A DNA stretch of 60,903 nt from a virus. Below are positions 54,796-60,903 of this stretch, in pieces (position 1 is the stretch's first letter; each line of letters opens with the position of its first letter). The position numbers were made by a program, and so were the translations under genes. Under the pieces are notes generated by a model. It searched no databases, was not told the origin of the DNA, and saw only the letters and a list, made by a program, of their open reading frames with translations. Location: IMG/VR virus record IMGVR_UViG_3300009703_000001. The stretch is one strand, 5' to 3'.

Positions 54796-55213
54796 ACTTA
54801 CAAATTTCGGAAACGAAAAAAATAAAGCTGAGGTAAAATCACAAATCCCTACTGATTCTCACGGCATCAAAAAATATCTTGAAATCGTACCCAATCCCGT
54901 AGGATATCGTATGCTAGTTAGACCTTGGTCTGGCCAAGCTAAAACGAAAGGTGGAGTTATTTTATCCGATGAAACTCAAGACAAGATTCAAATGACAACT
55001 GTTGTGGGTTTAGTGGTTAAAATGGGAGACCTTTGTTATCAAGATAAAGAAAAATTTCCTAAAGGTCCTTGGTGTAAAGAAGGCGAATTTGTTATTTATG
55101 GCAGATACGCTGGAAGTAGATTTCAAACTAAATACGGTGAACATCGTATACTTAATGATGACGAGATTATAGGAACTATAGGTAAACCAGAAGATATTCT
55201 CCATTTATTTTAA
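54773..55213 (+). CDS. GroES-like co-chaperonin (Cpn10 fold) with N-terminal extension
   Basis: RMLVRPW...KTKGGVILSDETQDK...VVGLVVKMGD...GEFVIYGRYAG...ILNDDEIIGTI aligns by eye to GroES/T4 gp31. Confidence 0.55.
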   Translation: METLIKPKLTNFGNEKNKAEVKSQIPTDSHGIKKYLEIVPNPVGYRMLVRPWSGQAKTKGGVILSDETQDKIQMTTVVGLVVKMGDLCYQDKEKFPKGPWCKEGEFVIYGRYAGSRFQTKYGEHRILNDDEIIGTIGKPEDILHLF

Positions 55214-55228
55214 ATAAAGGAGAAAAAC

Positions 55229-56311
55229 ATGGCCGAAGTAAAAGACTATAGTGCACAAGCATTATTAGACAAAGAAAAAGAAGTTGAACTTGATACAGAT
55301 GGCATTCAGGATACGGATGTTGAGGTTAAGGAAGAAACTAAAACAAAAGAAGATAAAGTTCCTGACTTAAATGTTGGGGAAGTTGATCTTGGATATACTG
55401 ATCATCCAATTAAAGAAGAAAAGGAAGATTCTAAAACACCACCTGAAATTCAGATAGAAGAAAAACCTGAAGAAGAAAAACCTAAAGAAGAAAAAAAACC
55501 TGAATCTAAGGAAGAAGAAAAACCAAACCTAAGTGAATCAAGAAGAGATTATCAAAAAAGAATTGATAAACTAGTCTATCAAAAGAAAGAAGCTGAACGA
55601 AGAGAAAAAGCAGCTCTTGCATTTGCTCAGGGTATACAAAAAAAATTTGACACTAATCTTAAAAAGTTAAATTCTACTGATGATCAGTATCTTAAAGAAT
55701 TAGATGCTAGAGTAGATGCTCAAAGAGAACAGGTCAAAGCGTCTCTTCAGAAAGCTATCGAAAGTCAAGATGCTTCTAAAATTATGGAAGCTAATGATAA
55801 ATTAACTCAACTAGCTGTCGAAAAAGAAAAAGCTAGATTAGAGTTAGTTAACCGTGAAGAACAAAAGAAAGCCGAAGAAGAAAAAAGTAAACAACAACAA
55901 AACGTACAAGCTGAACCTCAAACAGCGGAAATATCACAATCTGCACCACGAATAACACCTAAAGCTAAAAAATGGGCTGAAGAAAATAAATGGTTTGGAT
56001 CTGATGAAGTAATGACTAATGCTGCTATTACTATTCATAACAATATTGCACAAGAGGGTATTGCAGTGGACAGTGAAGAGTATTATAATGAAGTTAATTC
56101 AAGATTAAGGAAATACTTTCCTGAAAATTTTGATGACACTAAAGACGAGCCTAAAAAAGAGACACCGAAACCCGTCCAAACGGTAGCCTCTGCAGCTCGT
56201 AGTCAACAAGGACGCAGAACTGTGAAACTCACCAAATCACAGGTAGCTATTGCTAAACGATTAGGGGTGCCACTAGAGGAATACGCTAGATACGTGAAGG
56301 AGGATAAATAA
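55229..56311 (+). CDS. scaffolding-type protein
   Basis: Glu/Lys-rich coiled coil, 360 aa, upstream of capsid genes. Confidence 0.55.
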   Translation: MAEVKDYSAQALLDKEKEVELDTDGIQDTDVEVKEETKTKEDKVPDLNVGEVDLGYTDHPIKEEKEDSKTPPEIQIEEKPEEEKPKEEKKPESKEEEKPNLSESRRDYQKRIDKLVYQKKEAERREKAALAFAQGIQKKFDTNLKKLNSTDDQYLKELDARVDAQREQVKASLQKAIESQDASKIMEANDKLTQLAVEKEKARLELVNREEQKKAEEEKSKQQQNVQAEPQTAEISQSAPRITPKAKKWAEENKWFGSDEVMTNAAITIHNNIAQEGIAVDSEEYYNEVNSRLRKYFPENFDDTKDEPKKETPKPVQTVASAARSQQGRRTVKLTKSQVAIAKRLGVPLEEYARYVKEDK

Positions 56312-56312
56312 T

Positions 56313-56783
56313 ATGAGTACAATTAAGAGAACTTCACGGGAGTCAGAGACTAAAGCTTTAAAAGAAGCTAAAAAAACTTGGGCTCCACCATCCAGTTTGG
56401 ATGCGCCACCTGCACCTAACGGATATGCCCACAGATGGATAAGGGTTTCCGTTCAAGGTTTTGACGATGCATCGAATGTATCGAAGAAACTTAGGGAAGG
56501 TTGGGATTTTGTAAAAGTCGAGACTGTTAAAGAAGAAATCGGCTCTAACAAATATCCTTTCTATACCGAGGGTAAATATCAGGGGTTCATTGGGATTGGA
56601 GGCCTTGTGCTGGCAAGGATACCGGTTGAGATACTAGAACAACGTGCTGCGTACTTTAAAAGACTTACGCAAGACAGAATGAACGCGGTTGATCAGGATC
56701 TTATGAAGGAACAGCACCCAGACATGCCAATCAATATTGATAGGCAGTCAAGAGTGACCTTTGGTGGTAGTCGCAAAAAATAA
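56313..56783 (+). CDS. hypothetical head-module protein
   Basis: 156-aa ORF between scaffold and capsid. Confidence 0.5.
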   Translation: MSTIKRTSRESETKALKEAKKTWAPPSSLDAPPAPNGYAHRWIRVSVQGFDDASNVSKKLREGWDFVKVETVKEEIGSNKYPFYTEGKYQGFIGIGGLVLARIPVEILEQRAAYFKRLTQDRMNAVDQDLMKEQHPDMPINIDRQSRVTFGGSRKK

Positions 56784-56839
56784 TTTTGCAATATCTACCG
56801 AGTCATTTAAAGTAAACACGTTATAAGGAGATAATAACT

Positions 56840-57424
56840 ATGGCAAACCAAGTAGAAAAGTTCGGTCTAAGACCTTACAGAAAACTTGATGGTACACCCT
56901 TAGTTGGTGCTCAAAACAGATACATAGTAAAAGCAGGATATGCAACTGCAGTATTCCAAGGAGATTTGGTTATTCCAACTTCAACTGGACATATTGAAAG
57001 AGCTACTGCTAATACTAGCAATGCTGTTGTGGGCGTTTTTAACGGATGTTTCTATAATGATCCAACTACACAAAAGCCAACATTCTCAAATTACTACCCT
57101 GGCGGAATTACACCGACTCAAGGCGATATTACAGCCTTCATCGTTGATGACCCAGATGCAGTATTTTTGATGGATGCTGATGCGTCTTTTGCAAGAGCGG
57201 ATCTATACAAGAACTATTCTGTTTCAAATACAACAGGTGTAACACAAACAGGTATATCCAAGGTACAACTAGATGTAGATGTATCTGGAATTGCGACTAC
57301 TTTTGTAGTATCAGCAATTGACATAACGCAAGACCCAGAGAATGATGAATTTGGGGCAGCGAATGCTAATATACTTGTAAGAATAAACAATCACTTCTAC
57401 AGAAGTGGTGTAGGACTGGCATAA
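56840..57424 (+). CDS. hypothetical head-module protein (decoration/minor capsid?)
   Basis: SD AAGGAG; 194 aa directly upstream of the capsid gene. Confidence 0.5.
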   Translation: MANQVEKFGLRPYRKLDGTPLVGAQNRYIVKAGYATAVFQGDLVIPTSTGHIERATANTSNAVVGVFNGCFYNDPTTQKPTFSNYYPGGITPTQGDITAFIVDDPDAVFLMDADASFARADLYKNYSVSNTTGVTQTGISKVQLDVDVSGIATTFVVSAIDITQDPENDEFGAANANILVRINNHFYRSGVGLA

Positions 57425-57441
57425 TAAGGAGATAAATAACT

Positions 57442-58359
57442 ATGGCTATATCACGATCACAACTAGTTAAAGAACTAGAGCCAGGTTTGAATGCTTTATT
57501 CGGCCTGGAATACAATCGTTACGAAAATCAAGATAGAGAAATTTTTGTAACAGAAACATCTGACAGAGCTTTCGAAGAGGAAGTAATGTTAAGTGGATTT
57601 GCTTCTGCACCAACAAAAGCTGAAGGTGCATCAGTAGTTTTTGATCAAGCAGGTGAAACTTTCACAGCTAGATACACAAACGAAACAATCGCTTTAGCAT
57701 TTGCTATCACTGAAGAAGCAATCGAAGATAACCTATACGATAGATTAGCTGCAAGATACACAAGAGCTCTTGCAAGATCTATGTCTAACACGAAGCAAGT
57801 AAAAGCAGCGCAGATATTAAATCAAGCGCAATTTGCTGCTGTAACAGGTGGAGACGGTGTGCCTTTAATTTCGGCATCTCACCCACTTGCAACAGGTAAT
57901 ACGTTTTCAAACGTATTAGCAACTGCTGCTGACTTGAACGAAACTTCACTTGAGCAATCGTTAATTGATATTGCTGGATTCGTAGACGAAAGAGGATTAA
58001 GAATCGCTACTCAAGGTAGAAAAATGATAATTCCAAAAGAATTACAATTTACTGCTGAGAGATTGATGCAATCTCCTCAAAGAACTGCGACAGCTGATAA
58101 CGATATCAACGCAATCAGATCAATGGGAATGGTTCCTGAAGGTTATAGAGTTAATAACTTTTTAACTGATACAGATTCATTCTATTTATTGACAGATGTG
58201 CCTAATGGATTAAAACATTTTGTTAGAGCACCAATCAAAACTGCAGTTGAAGGTGATTTCGATACTGGAAACGTTAGATTTAAAGCTAGAGAAAGATACA
58301 GCTACGGCTGGTCTGACCCTAGAGGAATATTTGGTAACGGAAATTTACCAACTAGCTAA
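57442..58359 (+). CDS. major capsid protein (HK97-fold type)
   Basis: SD AAGGAG; strong terminator downstream; GFASAPTKAEGASVVFDQ...LAFAITEEAIEDNLY pattern. Confidence 0.7.
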   Translation: MAISRSQLVKELEPGLNALFGLEYNRYENQDREIFVTETSDRAFEEEVMLSGFASAPTKAEGASVVFDQAGETFTARYTNETIALAFAITEEAIEDNLYDRLAARYTRALARSMSNTKQVKAAQILNQAQFAAVTGGDGVPLISASHPLATGNTFSNVLATAADLNETSLEQSLIDIAGFVDERGLRIATQGRKMIIPKELQFTAERLMQSPQRTATADNDINAIRSMGMVPEGYRVNNFLTDTDSFYLLTDVPNGLKHFVRAPIKTAVEGDFDTGNVRFKARERYSYGWSDPRGIFGNGNLPTS

Positions 58360-58400
58360 TCAGTAGAGTAACAGATTAACCTCACTAAAGAGGTACTTAA

Positions 58401-58431
58401 AAGGGGCGGAGTTTACTCTGCCCCTTTTTTT
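58401..58431 (+). terminator. rho-independent terminator after the capsid gene
   Basis: AAGGGGCGGAG-ttta-CTCTGCCCCTT followed by a T-run. Confidence 0.85.
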
Positions 58432-58535
58432 ATGTATAATAAAAACACCTAGAAAAATAATTATTTTGTAGACTGACTAGGCAGACGGTATAGAGACTAC
58501 AAAATTTAAAGCTATACACATAAAAGGAGAATATT

Positions 58536-59081
58536 ATGGCTAATACAACTTTTGACGGACCGGTTAGATCGAAAAACGGGTTTATCAATTTAGGACCAAG
58601 TGCTGTTAAAGCACTAACTTTAGCTACTGATCTTACAGTAGCAGCTCATGCGGGAAGACTTGTAACTATAGATCCTGCAGCTACACCAACTGCAATAACT
58701 TTACCGGCAATAAATGCTACTGCTGATTCTGCAAGTGCAGGCCCAGGTAGTGATCCAAATAATCCAAATACACTTGGTACTACTTTTGAAATTCTTTTTA
58801 CAGACGATTTCACTGGTACAATTCAGACAAAGGATACTGATGACAAATTTATTGGTATAATAACATCTGGTATTGATGCTTCAGTTTCAGGAAAACAATG
58901 GGTTCCTGCAACAGCTAATAACGAGATGAACTTAAATGGTGAAGCGGGTGCATCTGTTGCTACAACAGGTGGTCTAAAAGGTTCTTATGTTAAGTTTACT
59001 GCAGTCGCAGCAAACCTTTACTTTGTAGAGGGAACGCTTAATGCTACTGGAGCTTTAGCAACACCTTTTGATACACAGTAA
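58536..59081 (+). CDS. virion surface-type protein (own SD and hairpin)
   Basis: SD AAGGAG; Thr/Ala/Gly-rich beta-type sequence. Confidence 0.55.
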   Translation: MANTTFDGPVRSKNGFINLGPSAVKALTLATDLTVAAHAGRLVTIDPAATPTAITLPAINATADSASAGPGSDPNNPNTLGTTFEILFTDDFTGTIQTKDTDDKFIGIITSGIDASVSGKQWVPATANNEMNLNGEAGASVATTGGLKGSYVKFTAVAANLYFVEGTLNATGALATPFDTQ

Positions 59082-59093
59082 TAAATAATTTTG

Positions 59094-59113
59094 TGAGCTC
59101 CTTCGGGAGCTCA
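59094..59113 (+). terminator. 8-bp hairpin with TTCG tetraloop
   Basis: TGAGCTCC-ttcg-GGAGCTCA; no U-tract. Confidence 0.5.
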
Positions 59114-59131
59114 TAATTAAGGAGAAAATTT

Positions 59132-59437
59132 ATGGGAACAACTTTTACAAGTGATCAATCAACCATTACAATGGATACTGTGGGAAGTAATCAACTTGCT
59201 AGAACTGGAAGATGTAGAATTACATCTATTCAAGCAAAAGGAATAGCAAGTTCAATTATTGTTTTTTATGATTCAGATGATTCCACATCTCCAGGAGGTG
59301 CAATATCTACTTTTAACTATGGAACTGAAGGAATGAATTTATATATTCCTGGTTCAGGTATTTTATTTAAAAATGGAATTGTCTATAATTTAACGGGAGC
59401 AAGTGGAAGCGTTACTGTAACTATTACAGGAGCTTAA
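59132..59437 (+). CDS. hypothetical virion-module protein
   Basis: SD AAGGAG; 101 aa. Confidence 0.55.
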   Translation: MGTTFTSDQSTITMDTVGSNQLARTGRCRITSIQAKGIASSIIVFYDSDDSTSPGGAISTFNYGTEGMNLYIPGSGILFKNGIVYNLTGASGSVTVTITGA

Positions 59438-59468
59438 AAATTAATAAGTGTTGAAGATAGGAGAACCT

Positions 59469-59570
59469 ATGGACAAAGTAAAAATTCAAGCACAAAAACT
59501 ATGGATGGATCATAATCATCATGCAGCTATTTTTTTAGCGGGAGTTATAGTTGGTGCGATTATTTGGTAA
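59469..59570 (+). CDS. 33-aa single-pass membrane peptide
   Basis: Hand-translated MDKVKIQAQKLWMDHNHHAAIFLAGVIVGAIIW; SD GGAG. Confidence 0.4.
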   Translation: MDKVKIQAQKLWMDHNHHAAIFLAGVIVGAIIW

Positions 59571-59745
59571 TATTCAAAAGTGTCAAAATTGTGGGCATGA
59601 ATGCCATTGTGGGGGAGCGTGTAAGCAATCTCATAATGATGGGGATAATAAACCTATAACTATTGCATGTTGTCAAACATGTAGATGTCAAGAAGAAACC
59701 ACTTCAGAAGATCTATCTTATGAGAATGAGGTAAAATATGATTGA
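59551..59745 (+). CDS. Cys/His-rich small protein
   Basis: CQNCGHECHCGGAC...ACCQTCRC; TTG/GTG start after GGGAG. Confidence 0.45.
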   Translation: MVRLFGNIQKCQNCGHECHCGGACKQSHNDGDNKPITIACCQTCRCQEETTSEDLSYENEVKYD

Positions 59746-59995
59746 AAAATTAATGACAATGCTGGTTGGAATTTTATTGGCATTAGCTGGCTGGAGTCTA
59801 TCTAGAACTTTTGAACTCTCAACTATCCAAGCAGTACACGAAGATAAAGTACAAAGAATTCAAGCCCAAGTTTTAAAACTAGAAGATCAAATGGATGAAA
59901 TGATGGATTCAGATAAAGAAATTATGGATCAACATAAAAAACTATTTGAAGCTCTAGGTTCAAATCAACCAACAACAGGATATAATTATAACTAA
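59738..59995 (+). CDS. N-terminal TM plus coiled-coil protein (i-spanin candidate)
   Basis: LMTMLVGILLALAGWSL followed by a coiled coil; followed by a lipoprotein ORF. Confidence 0.4.
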   Translation: MIEKLMTMLVGILLALAGWSLSRTFELSTIQAVHEDKVQRIQAQVLKLEDQMDEMMDSDKEIMDQHKKLFEALGSNQPTTGYNYN

Positions 59996-60153
59996 TGAGA
60001 AAAATATTTTTATTACTTGTATTAATTACATTGGTTTCTTGTGTATCAATAGGAAAAAAATGTACTTATACACAAGAAGGAACTAAAATTGAATCTTGGA
60101 TCTGGTTTACAAAAGAAGTACCAGCAGATCTAGATAAAATGAATTGTAACTAA
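59995..60153 (+). CDS. small lipoprotein (o-spanin candidate)
   Basis: Hand-translated MRKIFLLLVLITLVSC... with lipobox LVSC; TAATG coupling on both sides. Confidence 0.4.
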   Translation: MRKIFLLLVLITLVSCVSIGKKCTYTQEGTKIESWIWFTKEVPADLDKMNCN

Positions 60154-60572
60154 TGGCACTTAAAATTTCAGAAGAAGCAGCTGTACAAATGCCAATGAAA
60201 ACGGTAGCCTCACTGATCGCAATGGTCGCGATTGGAACCTGGGCTTACTTTGGTATTATCGAGACGCAAAACAAAATTTCTACAACATTAGAGCTGATGG
60301 AAAAAGACTTAACTGAGAACACAGAGTTTAGAATCAAATGGCCGCGGGGTCAACTTGGTTCGCTTCCTGCAGATTCCGAGCAATTTATGATGATCGAGGA
60401 TCTGTATAAAACTACGGATAAGTTGAACAAGCACATAGAATCTATGGCTTTAAACAAAGTCAACATAGAATTTTTAACAAAACAAATGGATAAAGTTTTA
60501 ACTGATATAGAAAAACTAAAAGATGCGTCTAGAGAGATGAAATATACTAACGGTAATGGAGGACATCAATAA
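60153..60572 (+). CDS. N-terminal TM plus coiled-coil protein
   Basis: VASLIAMVAIGTWAYFGII followed by a coiled coil. Confidence 0.5.
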   Translation: MALKISEEAAVQMPMKTVASLIAMVAIGTWAYFGIIETQNKISTTLELMEKDLTENTEFRIKWPRGQLGSLPADSEQFMMIEDLYKTTDKLNKHIESMALNKVNIEFLTKQMDKVLTDIEKLKDASREMKYTNGNGGHQ

Positions 60573-60721
60573 TGGCTAAACCAGGATTATACGCAAACAT
60601 TCACGCAAAGCGTGCTAGAATTAAAGCAGGCTCAGGAGAAAAAATGAAAAAATCGGGAGCTAAAGGTAGACCTACCGCAAAACAATTTAGGAGAGCAGCT
60701 CAAACTGCTAAGAAAAAATAA
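60572..60721 (+). CDS. small basic protein (49 aa)
   Basis: Hand-translated MAKPGLYANIHAKRARIKAGSGEKMKKSGAKGRPT... Confidence 0.45.
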   Translation: MAKPGLYANIHAKRARIKAGSGEKMKKSGAKGRPTAKQFRRAAQTAKKK

Positions 60722-60903
60722 TGATTGCATTAAGAGGATTTGGAAGAGCTTACCTAAATGGTGGTGGCGCTGCATGGACAAGAAAAGAAGGTAAGTCACC
60801 ATCAGGTGGATTAAATCAAAAAGGAAGAGACAGTTACAAAGGTGGAACTTTAAAAGCACCTACAAAATCTAAAACAAGCGGAAGAAGAAAATCCTTCTGT
60901 GCT
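60721..60903 (+). CDS. 5' part of the wrap-around small basic protein (continues at 124..219)
   Basis: TAATG start; MIALRGFGRAYLNGGGAAWTRKEGKSPSGG... Confidence 0.6.
   Translation, partial: MIALRGFGRAYLNGGGAAWTRKEGKSPSGGLNQKGRDSYKGGTLKAPTKSKTSGRRKSFCA
60781..60903. repeat. Terminal overlap: exact copy of 1..123
   Basis: Direct comparison of the two ends. Confidence 0.95.

Overview
The window is a complete, circularly closed phage genome. Bases 1-123 are identical to 60781-60903, so the unique length is about 60.78 kb. It is an AT-rich tailed dsDNA phage with podovirus-like gene content. I recognised no sheath, tube or tape-measure signature, and found no phage RNA polymerase, integrase, tRNA, rRNA or CRISPR array. 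Nearly all genes are on the + strand and tightly packed, with many ATGA/TAATG stop-start overlaps. Gene order is as follows. 0.2-2.7 kb holds an M15 endolysin and lysine-rich small proteins. 2.7-16 kb holds adaptor, tail and fibre genes interspersed with 2OG-Fe(II) oxygenases and glycosyltransferases. 16-21.8 kb holds internal-virion-type proteins. 22-31.4 kb is the replication module: PD-(D/E)XK exonuclease, a minus-strand SNF2 helicase, primase-polymerase, SF1 helicase, DUF3310, family A DNA polymerase and a LAGLIDADG endonuclease. 31.4-38.5 kb holds small early-type genes, more oxygenases and an orphan C5-cytosine methyltransferase. terS sits at 38.9 kb and is separated from terL at 45.7 kb by a 6-kb accessory stretch with repeat arrays, sigma70-like promoters, terminators and a GC-richer island. 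After terL come the portal, a cluster of halogenase, oxygenase and methyltransferase-glycosyltransferase genes, a GroES-like gene, scaffold and capsid genes, and membrane or lipoprotein (lysis-type) genes at the right end. The most unusual feature is the methyltransferase locus (34577-35965). Two same-strand reading frames stay open together for about 1.2 kb, and the recognisable motifs are split between them. Product calls rest on motifs read by eye from the translations; no database search was possible.
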